DNA of 64,000 nt from the human T2T-CHM13v2.0 reference genome, Homo sapiens: NCBI RefSeq assembly GCF_009914755.1, contig NC_060940.1; one strand, given 5' to 3'. A program made the translations under genes and the position numbers. Shown here in pieces: positions 18,771-33,447 of the stretch; the stretch's first letter is position 1, and every line of letters starts with the position of its first letter. Under the pieces are notes generated by a model. The model had not been told where the DNA came from and did not search any database. It was given only the letters and a program-made list of their open reading frames with translations.

Positions 18771-19197
18771 TTATTAATCCTTAACTATTATTAATTAATT
18801 GAAAGTTTACATAGGGCAGAAAAGTGAAATATTGATACATATAATCAATATTTATATATTTATAAGCCAAAGGTTGCTAGTGATCCCAAGTCTGTTATAG
18901 GAATGTGAGATTTTATTAAGCATAACAACTCAAACGTTGATGTCCAGTTCATAGAAACTCCATCTCCTAGCAGTCTTCTCAGTATTTTGGGAGACTTCAG
19001 CAGGTGTCTCACTTGGGCTCAAACTAAAATCTCATCTCTCCTGTGGAGCTATACTACTGTGCAGATATCCCCTCACCACAGATTATTGAGGTGTTAGCCT
19101 ACAGAAGTCCTAGCAGACCTCTGCAGAACCTCTCACGGTACCATAGCAGGTCCCTATACCATGCCAAATGGGAGATCCTTAAATTATCTTACTGGTT

Positions 19198-19492
19198 GGC
19201 CAGGCGCAGTGGCTCACGCCTATAATCCCAACACTTTGGGAGACTGAGACGGTCAGATCACAAGGTCAGGAGTTCGAGACCAGCCTGACTCACATGGTGA
19301 AAACCCCGTCTCTACTAAAAATATACAAATTAGCCTGGCATGGTGGTGTGTTTGAAATCCCAGCTACTCAAGAGGCTGAGGCAGGACAATTGCTTGAACC
19401 TAGGAGGTAGAGATTGTAGTGAGCCAAGATGGCCCCATTGCCGTCCAGATTGGGCGACAGAGTGAGACTCAGTCTCAAAAAGAAAAAAAAAA
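19198..19492 (+). mobile_element. AluS (Sg-like)
   Basis: dimeric Alu; TSD tcttactggtt at 19187-19197 and 19569-19579. Confidence 0.93.
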
Positions 19493-19515
19493 TCTATCAG
19501 TCAGTCAGTCAGTTA

Positions 19516-19557
<42 letters not shown>

Positions 19558-19570
19558 ATGTCTATCTGTC
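19493..19570. repeat. compound (TCAG)n(TCTG)n(TCTA)n microsatellite
   Basis: read directly. Confidence 0.9.
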
Positions 19571-20327
19571 TTACTGGTTTACTTGTTGTCACCTGGGATA
19601 TGTAAGAAGCCTGTTGGGGCAGTATTCACATAATCTCTGTTAAAAGTGATATTTTTAGTATCTTCTATGGGTCTTCTCTTTAAACATCTCAGATATTGTC
19701 TCTTGTATAAAAAGAAAAAGTTGCTATCCCACACCACCCCTACTATGTCCTTCTGATTGCTGCCTTTTTTGCAAAAGCAGAAATATGTCTTCTGGGCACC
19801 ATCCGCTTCATGGACAGCAACTTGTGCAAAGAGATTCCTGGGAGTTGTCAATCTACATGCTCATAGATGTCTGAATTGTGACATATCCTCAGTCCCTACC
19901 CGCCATCCAGAGTCATTTTTCTGACATAAAACTTTCATAGGCAATCCATACCTTATGGCTTCACCATTGTAAAACTGGTGGAAAGCACAACACGCTATCA
20001 ACTTCAGCATCATGAGGATTGGCCTTTGTTTTCTAAATCCTTTCTCTTTTGAAATGCACCTATTATACAAGACTTAGGTTGTATGATTTGAAGGATTGTT
20101 CACCAGTAGTGACACCGTTATTTATTGAACCATTTTCCTGATACTTTTTTTGTGTTAACTGAACTTGAATATGTAATTATTATCTGGTAGGATCATTTTT
20201 TTTCCTAGCGTTATTTATGGCATGATTTACTAGCATCTCGTTAGGCAATAAATGCATATTTAATTGGATATCCTTATGGGTTCAGTACCATGCTGTGCAT
20301 AAATTCCAGAAGTATACAGACCCAGCC

Positions 20328-20339
20328 TTCTTTTCTCTT

Positions 20340-20371
<32 letters not shown>

Positions 20372-20437
20372 AATACATACACACACATATATACGTACAC
20401 ATACACATATAACTATATACATATGTATGTATGTATG
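20328..20437. repeat. compound (CT)n(CA)n(TA/CA) microsatellite
   Basis: read directly. Confidence 0.85.
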
Positions 20438-20453
20438 AGCACAAATTATTTGG

Positions 20454-20740
20454 GGTGGGCACTGTGGCTCACACCTATAATCCCAACACTTTGGAAGGCC
20501 GAGGCAGGAGGATTGCATAAGCCCAGGAGTTCAAGACCAGCCTGGGCAACATAACAAGATCCCATCTCTCCAAAAAATAAAGATAAAAAATTAGCTGGCC
20601 ATGATGGCATGCATTTGTAGTCCCAGCTTGGGAGGCTGAAGTGGATCTCTTGAGCCCAGAAGTTCGAGGCTGTTGTGAGTTATAATTACACCACTGCACT
20701 CCAGCCTGAGCAACAAGGCAAGATCCTGTCTCAAACAAAA
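20454..20740 (+). mobile_element. AluJ
   Basis: dimeric Alu; TSD aattatttgg at 20444-20453 and 20746-20755. Confidence 0.92.
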
Positions 20741-21224
20741 CACCTAATTATTTGGAGTATATAGAATTTGAACTTGTTATGCATGTATGAACAGAAGTTA
20801 TTTGGAGTATATAGATTTTGAACTTGGCTTAGATGTATGATGAATTCTCAGAGGTTATGATTAATTATCTTTACCTTTCATTCTATAAGATTTTATTGAA
20901 TACCTTCTAGATGCTAGAATTTCAGCAATGAGCAAGACTGATAAGGTCTTTGTCTAAGGAAGAACATAGACCCCATAAAATTAGTGTTACAGTTCTTTCA
21001 GAATTTGTCTAGCAACCTTTCTGGTTTTTGCTAGAAAGTTCTCTCCTAATTGATAAAATAAAAATATTTTTGAAAGGGAAGAATTAAAAATCATGGGATT
21101 AAATGACAGGAGGAGCCAATCTGGGTATTCATAAAATGACTGATATTTCTGTCCACAGTTGAGTGAAAAGTATTGGAAACCAACATTCACTGAGCAACTA
21201 CTAGGAAGGCCGGAGGGCATTCGA

Positions 21225-21445
21225 GAGAAAAAGTTATGGTCTCAGGCAGATCTGAGTTTGGATCCTGCTCTGCTATGCATTCCAGGCAAGATCGTGTTTT
21301 GGCAAGTTGTCTGTCCCATCTGAGCCTGGGTTCCTCATTGGTACAGAAAGTCAGTAATGGCATCAACCCAATTAAATGAGAGAACAGATGCACACAGGAC
21401 GCATTCCACACAGCGCCTGGTTCAAAGTAAGTGCTCAGGACATGA
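21225..21445 (+). mobile_element. MIR
   Basis: 'ggcaagttg...ctgagcctgggttcctcat...attaaatgaga...cacagcgcctgg...agtaagtgctca'. Confidence 0.75.
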
Positions 21446-21509
21446 GTGCCACCATCCTTCCCCCAAGGAGGCATGAGATGGACCCTGGTTCTTGCTGTTA
21501 CGGTCACTC

Positions 21510-21630
21510 AGGCAATTTATACTCATAACCGTCCGGGGAGGTAGGACTCATGTTTTCCCCACTTTCCAGATAAGGATACTGAGGTTCTGGGGATTTGAAC
21601 TAACCTGCCTTTGACTTCATATCCAGCAGG
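21510..21630 (-). mobile_element. MIR fragment
   Basis: 'ccccactttccagataaggatactgaggttc'. Confidence 0.65.
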
Positions 21631-22741
21631 CAGCCATGCCGATTTCAAAGCTCCTTCTCTTTTCATTCATTGCACCGTTTATTGACCTCATATACATTCT
21701 TCATCTCCTGGAGTGTCTCTCCTAATCAGTACATCAGGGGTAACAAATCTTAGTGACCTCAGTAAATAATAAGCCCAAAGAATTGCAGTGCACAGATTCT
21801 TGCTTAAGAATAACAGCGACTTGGAAAGTTTTTCAGTGTTAACAGAGCAGCCTTATGATTAAAATCACTGAAGAATGCGATGTAAAATGTTTTTATTTCG
21901 TTTTGCTTTCTGTTTCCCTTGAAATAATAGTCAGCAGGAAACACATTTCTGAAAGACTTCTCCATTTCTACATCCTCAGAATACAATAAGGGCCAAGCTG
22001 ACTGTGTCAGGGTGTTCAGAGTTAGTAGGCACACAAATGAAAAGATGGTGCTCTCAGAGTTTTATGAATTTTTCTGTCTAGCAGTCTTGGGTTGGAAAGT
22101 CATCTTTGAAATTGATGTAGCTATCAACTAGGGGCTAACATTAAGTTTTCAGTCGAGGTGTATAGGGTTATGATCTTTCTGTTACTGTCAGAACTGCAGC
22201 TGTTGTATTTGCATTGAGTGGCATGCTGGAGAGAGCAAAATGGGATGCAGGAGAAGGAAAAAGAAATAGCAAAACCTATTGAATTGTGGGCTCTACCTGA
22301 GGGCATTTGTTAAAGGTAAATTCATCAATAGCTGTTAAGTCATTTGTATTGAATCATTCTCATAGCCTCACAGCAGTTCTTAGTTTTAATAATGGGTCAT
22401 AGAGAGGAGCTTGGTGATAGATGCCTTATTATGGTATTTAGGCACTTAATTGCAACTGGGCTTAAAATAGCAGCAGAAGCTGAAACCAGGGTGGCTCAGG
22501 AGTAAATTATGTTTTCAGTCTACCAAAACACCCTTTTTAAAATTCAAGTTTAATATTTCTTGACATATGTTTCTTGATACGCTGTTAACAGCAGTTTATC
22601 AGAGATAGAAGAATGTTAAAATAAACTGGTGACCGAACTATGGTATCTAAAGGCATGCCTTGTTCATCACCATCAGAGATATTTTGAAAGAAACATTGAG
22701 ACCCAAGTTTAAAACACCTGCAATTATGCTGGGACAGGGGT

Positions 22742-23450
22742 GTTCATTGATTCATTCATTCATGCATTCATTCATTATTCGTCATTTATTGCTAATGTTA
22801 AAGGGATAGGGCAGTGTATGAGACAGACCCTTGCCTTTGTGGACTAATTATTCAGTGGTGGAAGTGAGAAAAACATAAATAGTTAATAACAATAAACGCC
22901 AAAGGGGGATGTGTGTGATGATGAAACCAGGAAGCTGAAATAGTGAGTGATGGTAGAAGATACAGTAGTGTTTTCTTCAGATCAGTGGGCTAGGGAAGTG
23001 CTCTTGGAGAAGAACCCATTTAAGCAGAGGTCTGAGTGATATGAAGGTGCCAACTGGCCAAAAAGAGGAAGGATCATTAGAAACAGAAACAGCATGTTCA
23101 AGGGCCCTGATGTGGGAAAGAACTAAAAGGAGATCAGGGTGGCAAAGCTTAGCAGAGAAGTCAGTGGAGGGGTAGGACATAGGTTTGAATAGCAGATAAA
23201 GGCCAGGTCCTGTGTGGCCTTTTCATTTACTTTACATTTTATTCGAAATACAATGGGAAACAATGAAGAGTTTTAAGGACAAGGGTATTGAGCTCTGATG
23301 TATATTATTAGGAGATTGTTTTTATTGACTCTAGAATGGATGGGGAGTAGGTGGCTAAGGAGGAAGTTGGCAGTGGTACGGGAGAGAAATGACAGTGCCC
23401 TCTACCAGAAAAATGAATGGACTGAAAATGTACTTAGAATGCATGCTAGT
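22742..23450 (-). mobile_element. L2 LINE 3' region
   Basis: (ttca)n terminus followed by typical L2 antisense 'aacagcatgttcaagggccctga...caatgaagagttttaag'. Confidence 0.75.
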
Positions 23451-23779
23451 AGATAAAGAGGAACTAGCTAGGAAGTTCCCTAAAGGAGGGTGGTCTGTAT
23501 TCTTGGGACATTTGTACCCTGATGACTGAACATCCTGACTTCCTATGTCTTAGTCCATGTACAGCAACTCTTTGCCTCACTTGTAGGTGAAATGATTTTG
23601 GAGTCACTAGTTGGATAAAGAACTAGAAAGGTAGAACATACAGTGCTTCCTCTGCACAACTGATTTGGGAGTTTTGAAGTTTACTTGTCTTAGACTGCAT
23701 GAAATGTCAAAGGAAGCCAGTAACATTGATTTATTTCTTGAGTCCGTTGGTTATCATCAGCTTGCTGCTTACAGTATAC

Positions 23780-24230
23780 AAGCAGATAGAGCCAGAAGCG
23801 GCATTTCCAGGAATTGAACCTGCGTTGTTTACTGCCCCTGTGGTCTTATGAAGAATGTGTGATTATCGTAACCCACTTGATATTATTTTCATAACAAAGC
23901 TGTCTCTGACCAGCTACAGTCTTGGACTTACATAATTGAATTTTAGATGGAGATGCGCTGCTGGTTTATATGAATTTTCCAGGGGTGCCAGCGTGAGTCC
24001 ACGCTTTAACAAACAATATTTTTAATTGAGATTTTATGTCCTTGCCCTCAAATCAAGCACTTTAATAGGATCCCAGTTGGAATAGGTGACTCAGTAACAA
24101 GTTACCACTGCTTTCAACTTCAGAAAGGTGTTAATTTCTCTAACTCCTGCTGGGCGTCCATCTACTCCGGTGACTCACTGCCTGCATGTACCATAAAAAC
24201 GAGTGTTTTGCATTCCATTAGTTTCAAAGT
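23780..24230. promoter_or_regulatory. candidate enhancer (STAT, FOX, two AP-1 and TEAD motifs) in non-repeat DNA
   Basis: TTCCAGGAA 23805, TGTTTAC 23826, TGACTCA 24087 and 24171, CATTCCA 24211; motif evidence only. Confidence 0.3.
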
Positions 24231-25179
24231 ACAGCCTTAGTAGTCTGCATATTTCTTGTAGCATGTGCTGGCTTTGTTCCATCAGGCAACATTAAGATAG
24301 AAAAGTATTAAAAATATTGATTTGTCATTTATAACATCGAAGTGATAGATTGAAATGCAATTTGGATGTACTCCAGACCTCCAATAACTTTGACATTATA
24401 AGACGAAATACAATGATCTCAGTCTAATTAATATGCTGTGTCCATATGAGAAAAGTAGAGAGAATGAAGCAAGAAATTGGCCACAAGGAAGTGATAGCTC
24501 CATGTTTCAAGTAGTTGTAGAATTTAGAGATGGAATATGACATGCTCTGTCGCTGGACCTTGCTATGTGCTGGAAGCTGTGTTCTTTCCATGTTTGTTCA
24601 TCTTTGAAAGCAAGTTAGCGCATTCCTAAAGAATAGAGTGATACTCTTCACTGAACTTTGTAAACTTCTTTAAGCTTTTTATTATGGCATCTTGCCGTAA
24701 TGTTCTTCCATTCCCCTGCTCTGGAATACCGGTAATAACTCTAACACACACACCTTTCTGCGTATCGGTTTCATGCAACAGGTGCACCTATCTTGATTTC
24801 AAAACTTTCCTATCCCCCTTTCCCTTACTGCTTCTTCACTTCCATCCTTTCCTGCTGGTAATGAAATTGTCAAACTTTATTCCTACTCCTATTTTTTTTT
24901 TTTAGCAGGGTTCTATGTTCTCTGTCAGCCTCTCTGCTCACATATTGCAGTTCCTCTGTTCTCCCAGAGAATTTTTATCTTCCTGTTGGCAATATGTTTA
25001 TACGGTGTGAATATGTAATAATTGTACTTGGTTGCTATGGAGAAGGGAAAAATACAAATGTGCAAATTTCAAATACACAATTGTGCAAATTTCAAAATTT
25101 ATTGTAACTTTTTCATAGTGGTCATATAGTATTATTAGGAAGTAATGGCATAAAAAAATACAAATATTGAACTTGAGTA

Positions 25180-25402
25180 AACATCATGTATACTGAAACT
25201 TGTAGGGGGTATTTTAATGATGTGTGAAATTTACTTTGAAATGCACCAAAAATAAGATGGGTTGATGGTTGCAGAGAGGGATGGACAGATGGAAATAGCT
25301 GGGATAAAGCAAGTATAGTAAAATGCCAGTAGTAGAATATAGGTGGTAGATATATGGATGTTTGCTGTAAAATTCTTTCAGCTTTGCTGTTTTGAGATTT
25401 GC
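25180..25402 (+). mobile_element. L1ME 3' end fragment
   Basis: 'tttactttgaaatgcacc...ggtggtagatatatggatgtttgctgtaaaattctttcagcttt'. Confidence 0.65.
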
Positions 25403-26776
25403 ATACTGCAGTACTGGAAAAATATGGTACAAAAGTGAATAGTCATATAGTCAACACATAGACTGAGATAAAAATTGTGTGCCTGCATTAATATCTGTTC
25501 TTTTATTCAGGGATGCTTTCAGGACCGTAGTTGCAGGAAGATCATCTTGCTATAACCCAGTGTCCCCCTTTCATCTCCTATACCATGTCTCTCTGCCTCT
25601 TTTCTTCTTCTCTTTGAATATTTGTTACATCTGTCTTAATAGAGACTGTGCAATTGCATCTCTTCATCAACTCCTGTAAGTAGAACCAGCAACAGAGCGA
25701 AAGGGAGAAAAAGAAACGTACTTCTCGCCTGCCTTCCTTTTCTGTCTCCCCGTGAGAAGCCTCGTGCCCTCCTCCTGTCTTGTGTCTTGTGTCAGAGTTA
25801 GCGGAGGAGCAGCTCTGGCCTCCTTGGATTTATGTGATTCGTAGTGAGAGAATGCTGCCACAGCTGAGGCTGTTGCCTGCTCTACATTGATTGAGTTTCC
25901 TGGGCTTGAGGGATTTTTGCCGAGCTGAGTTTTATGGTTGATGTGCTCTCGGTCATTTGTCATAAAATCATTCCCACCAAGCTGTTTACTGGGTTTGAAT
26001 GCTTAATTACTGAAGGAGAAGAGAATCACTCCTTATGGAGCTGACTGTTGACTTGGATGCTTTTTACTGGGTTGTCTTCTGGTACCCAACTCTTGCTGAG
26101 TAGTTTATCCAATATACATACCCACTCTTCAGCATAAAAAAATAAAGACACCCATAATTTTACCTAAGTATTTTGAGCAGTGCAAAGACATATCATTTCA
26201 CTTCATATTATGACAGCATTTTTCTTTTGAGTACAAATTGATTGCAAAACTCAACACTCAGGCAGCTACAGCTAGGAAAGTGTCTATGCTCTGGGGTTCA
26301 AATGACAATGTTTACCTGCTTTATTCAGATCAATTTCCAGAAATGCATTGCTGACTCTCCGCCAACTCAATATCCTCAATCCAAATTGCATAAATGGTGT
26401 TGGATATAATTATCTCTCTGAAAAATTTCACCTAAATTGGAATTAAATTTATTTGTAAAAGCAAAGTCATCTTGGGAATTATATTTCAAAACCTACGGTC
26501 GAAGATTCAGTGAATGAAGCTCTTTCCTGTTGTTTCTTCCACAATTTCAGCTCCTCTTTTTCATGAGGAAAATTGAAGCACTCTTCGGGTTCCCACTGCT
26601 CCCTCCTCTGCACTAATTCCCACATAGAATTTCTCTCTACAAATTGGCCTCCACTAATTTTTTGCATTGGTTGTGTCTTGTTGAATTTTTCAGGAGCACA
26701 CTTTTATATACGGGGATGTTGTTTTAGAGGTGGGAGAAAGAGAGAATTAGAGAGAGATGCAGGAAATGGAATGTTG

Positions 26777-27572
26777 TTTTTTTTTTATTATTATAGTTTA
26801 AGTTTTAGGGTACATGTGCACAGTGTGCAGGTTAGTTACATATGTATACATGTGCCATGCTGGTGTGCTCCACCCATTAACTCGTCATTTAGCATTAGGT
26901 ATATCTCCTAAAGCTATCCCTCCCCTCTCCCCCGACCCCACAACAGTCCCCAGAGTGTGATGTTCCCCTTGCTGTGTCCATGTGTTCTCATTGTTCAGTT
27001 CCCACCTATGACTGAGAATATGCGGTGTTTGGTTTTTTGTTCTTGGGATAGTTTACTGAGAATGATGATTTCCAATTTCATCCATGTCCCTACAAAGGGC
27101 ATGAACTCATCATTTTTTATGGCTGCATAGTATTCCATGGTGTATATGTTGCACATTTTCTTAATCCAGTCTATCATTGTTGGACATTTGGGTTGGTTCC
27201 AAGTCTTTGCTATTGGGGATAGTGCCGCAATAAACATACGTGTGCATGTGTCTTTATAGCAGCATGATTTATAGTCCTTTGGGTGTATACCCAGTAATGG
27301 GATGGCTGGGTCAAATGGTATTTCTAGTTAGATCCCTGAGTAATCGCCACACCGACTTCCACAATGGTTGAACTAGTTTACAGTCCCACCAACAGTGTAA
27401 AAGTGTTCCTATTTCTCCACATCCTCTCCAGCACCTGTTGTTTCCTGACTTTTTAATGATTGCCATTCTAACTGGTGTGAGATGGTATCTCATTGTGGTT
27501 TTGATTTGCATTTCTCTGATGGCCAGTGATGGTGAGCATTTTTTCATGTGTTTTTTGGCTGCATAAATGTCT
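26777..27572 (-). mobile_element. young L1PA (PA2-PA4-like) 3' end, ~800 bp, 5'-truncated
   Basis: close to human L1 3'UTR; ORF2 C-terminal peptides 27311-27547 (...[23 protein letters not shown]...) and 26995-27237 (...SQEQKTKHRIFSVIGGN), split by a frameshift. Confidence 0.95.
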
Positions 27573-28287
27573 CCTGTTTTAATGCCAAGATAACCCGTCA
27601 GAACACCTGAAATATTTGCTACAGTTTTGATGTTTCATTTATCTCTTAGTGGAGCATTGTGTTGTTTCAGTGTTTTATCATGAAGAACTGTGGCTCTTTT
27701 AACTGTAAGGAATGAGAACTTTAGGAAAAACAACTTTTAATCACTTTGCTATAAATATAATACTAGAGAATTCGTTTCTTGGAGTATGATTTCCCTGTTA
27801 TTCAAAAACAACTACTTGTCACCCCCTTGTACTTTGGCCTTCTTTTTTCTTCTCCCCTTCTTTTAACTGTTGCCCCTATTTGGAGCGATTATACTTAAAG
27901 TAATATGGATTCTTTCAGAGCTGCCAAAAGGTGAAATTGACTTTTTGAGAATGTATTGCTGAAAACTGCAGCAGATGCACTTTTGCCATGTAGAAACATC
28001 CTGTGTGTTAAGACCGAAAGGGACCATTTACAGCCAGTTTCAAATTGCTAGCTGAGGTCAATAAGTGCCCACTTCTGCAATCACATCAGCCCCGTTTGGA
28101 TGACAGTACACAATGAGGTGCCTCCCAGGGAGTGACCACATTGGCAGCAAAACCCTTTTTGCAAGTTTTATTTGGTCATTCATAGTAGAAACCTTTAAAA
28201 ATCTTCAACATTTAATTTCAAGCATTTAAAAAATATATACTGTAGTACCATTTACCTATAACTGGATTTATTTAAAAATTACATGGA

Positions 28288-30003
<1,716 letters not shown>

Positions 30004-31171
30004 GATTTTAAACAATTACAACAACATCCAGGTTTTGTTGGTTGTTTTTAATGCGGCAGACCCTGTCCTCTATTACATTGAACTGTCACACTGTTAAGAA
30101 GTCAGTCCAAACTACTATCTTCTTTATACCAATAAGAAGGATCAGGACACAGAAAGTTAAGTAAATGGTCCAAGTCAGTAAATGGGGATTCATGATTTTG
30201 AAACTTTGTGGTCAGACTTTAGGTACTGTCCTCTTAATGTCTTGCTGTGAGATTTGAGATCCAAGATAACTTGGCATTGTTGAGATATTGGGAAGCTACT
30301 ATCAGAATCAGTCCTCTGCTTGCTTTGTTGGTGTAAACTAGAGATAATTTAGTGTAAAATGTCCCAATAAAAATTTTCCCCCAAGCATATGTAAACCACG
30401 ACATAATAGATTTATCAAAGTAGCAGAATGCTATTATGTTCAAGAGATTAACCAGACCAAAGCTATTTGTCATAGCAACGGGTGCTAGAGTTGACAAATT
30501 ACAATTGAACCCAGTTTGTAGCAAAATGTTAGACAGAGCCTTGGCACTGATTAATTGACGTGAGAGTCCAGCCTAGAATACATTAGAGCAATTTAAATAT
30601 CATTCAAAACAGAATATAACCATGCTCTCTAAAACATCCCAAACTGTACCAAGCAACTACATTTGATTGATTCTATAATGCAAATATTTTATGCCTAAGA
30701 CTTTTAAAGCACAGACTGTGTTAGTAGCAAGACACACCACCAATTTAGTAATTTCTAATTAAAAAGAAAATACATTTTACATTAAATGCTTATATTGATT
30801 GCCAAGGAACCTGACTACAGGTCTTTTAAAACTTGCATCATGGGGTTGAGAGGGACAATCATCTCTTAGAAATTTCTTAAAAAGAAACTTTAACTCTGGG
30901 TAATGTGTTTACCCTAATTAGATAAGAAACCTCATCCTAATAAAATTAATGGACTGAAGGTGACATGTGTTCAGGGAGTCGGGGGGGAAAGAGTTTAGAA
31001 AGAGGAAAAGCCTTTGCTTTCTAAGCTAGAAAAATGGATGTTGAACTTAAATCTATTCAGACAATGATGAGCTAGTCATATTGTCACAAGAATAGGTTAC
31101 CTCTTTCTTGCATTTAAGGTTCCCGTTATGAAACAGAAAACAAGATTATATTCTACTGAAAATAAAGTTGA

Positions 31172-31502
<331 letters not shown>

Positions 31503-31535
31503 TAGTCAACCAACTTCATTTCTTGATATGTCAGT

Positions 31536-31539
<4 letters not shown>

Positions 31540-31576
<37 letters not shown>
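31540..31576. repeat. (TG)18 microsatellite
   Basis: read directly. Confidence 0.97.
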
Positions 31577-31578
<2 letters not shown>

Positions 31579-31799
31579 TTTCAGTTTTTGTCCATCTGAC
31601 AGTTGCTGTTGTTTTCATTGTTAGGATATGAGTTCCAGTTCCAGTATTTCTGTGGCAGAGCCTTTTGTTCTTTAGCATGTAGGGATTTATTTAGGTCTAT
31701 TACTTGTTTTCACTTTCTCTTTGCCTTTTCTTAAATTTCAACTTTAATAATAGCCTTTAATAGAATAACAGTGCATTAGCTTTCATTGACTACATGTAT

Positions 31800-31975
31800 G
31801 CTGAAGAATTCATGCTAAAGAAATAATAAGGAATGTGTGCCAAGATGTGGCTATGAGGATGTTTATTACTAGATTGTTTATAATAGCAAGACAGTGGAAA
31901 ATTACCCAAATGGCCTATAACAGCGAACTGATGAAATCAAGTATGGTATAAGGCTACAGTGGAATTCTCATTAGT
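31800..31975 (+). mobile_element. L1ME ORF2 3' fragment
   Basis: 'aggatgtttattactagattgtttataatagcaaga...ggaaaattacccaaatg'. Confidence 0.6.
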
Positions 31976-32903
31976 TTATTAATCATTTATCAAATATTAG
32001 TTGAGAGGATATTTTGTATCAGCCCTTGTGGAGTCTCTGAATATGTAGCCTTCAAGGGCATTAATAGTGAAATGGTGGAAGAATCGTCAATGGCACAGCA
32101 AAAGGTGAGCATATGGCTCGGGGAGTCCAAACTCAGTGTGATCTTATTTTCATTAAAAGATAAAAGGAAGGTAGAAATATGTTTTCTTAAGAAAAAAAAA
32201 TGTACGTACACAAAGATAAGCATCGCTATGTTTGACTCCTTGGATATTTATTCTCTAAATAGTTTGTAATGAATTCCTCATGTCTTTAAGCAGGAAACAA
32301 ATTGCAAATGGTTTAAAAAGGCAATTGCTTTAAAGGATTGAGGAGAGCATTGGCACCTATGTTTCTGTTATCTATGAAGGTGGAAGGGGAATCAAGATGG
32401 TTTCAGTCTTTTGTTTTTAAAGCAAATGGAATTCTTCAACATCTTAACTATCTTTTAACTCTTGCTCTTACAAGAAGTGATACTTTAATGTTTAAGAAAG
32501 GCATGTATTATTAAGAAAAAATAAGATAAAATACCAAGGATACCAGCAATCACAGCGGACTGAGTGGTATGTGAAAAGATAAACAGTAAATGCTTTTGGA
32601 AGGAATTGTTAGTCTTCTCGACAGTTTAGCATTTGATCTTGTTTTGCGTTGGTAGACTGACTTGAAGTACTAGACTGAATTGGGTGAGACAAATAAAAGC
32701 ATATACTGGAGCAGAGAGATCCAATCTTTCCCTTTCTCTGCAAGGTTTGTATTTAGGTTATAAAAATAAGTGTAGGAGGGAAGATTAGGGCAAGGCACAG
32801 CCTTGGTGCAAGATGCAGAGATGAGCAGTCACGTATTTCACACAGAGTAGGATCAGAGATTCCAACTAGAACCAACACCAACAGTGTGTGGCCCCAGGGA
32901 GTG

Positions 32904-33023
32904 GCGCTGCCTCTGGTCAATGCCACCCACCAGAATTGGACTCTAATGGATAGATCTTCCTAGCACTGCGTCTGGTCAATGCCACCCATCAGGATCGGAC
33001 TGTAATGGAGAGATCTTCTTAGC
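32904..33023. repeat. 59-bp tandem duplication (2 copies)
   Basis: 32904-32962 vs 32963-33021, 8 mismatches. Confidence 0.9.
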
Positions 33024-33447
33024 TCTCTCCCTAAAAGTTGACTGAGCCATCTTTCCAATTAATAAGAAAATACCAAACAGAACATTAAAGTTTATAGCTT
33101 CACATTTTTGAATTAAATTACCTATTGATTAGTAGGGGGCTATCATTAAAAATTAGCACAATCACGACTGACAATGCCTTAGAAATTTTCATCATGATGA
33201 CTTTGATCAAATTGTGAATGTGAATCTGTACTTTATTTTAGAAGTAAAGGAGGCAAATGAGCAATAAATTTGAAGCCCAGGTAATTGGGGGAAAAAGTAA
33301 TCAATTTAATCCGTCCGAAGGGCTAAGTGATTCAGAGAACTGACACTTGGATATTTGCTTGAAGCCTTTTGTCTGAAAATGTCACTTGTATATGTTTAAG
33401 AAAATATTCTATACCAGACATACATTTAGTCTTTGCATCTCTTATGT

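Noticed and set aside
26995-27547. L1 ORF2 C-terminal peptides as a functional gene
   Set aside because: 5'-truncated ~800-bp L1 with a frameshift; no promoter, endonuclease or RT domain.
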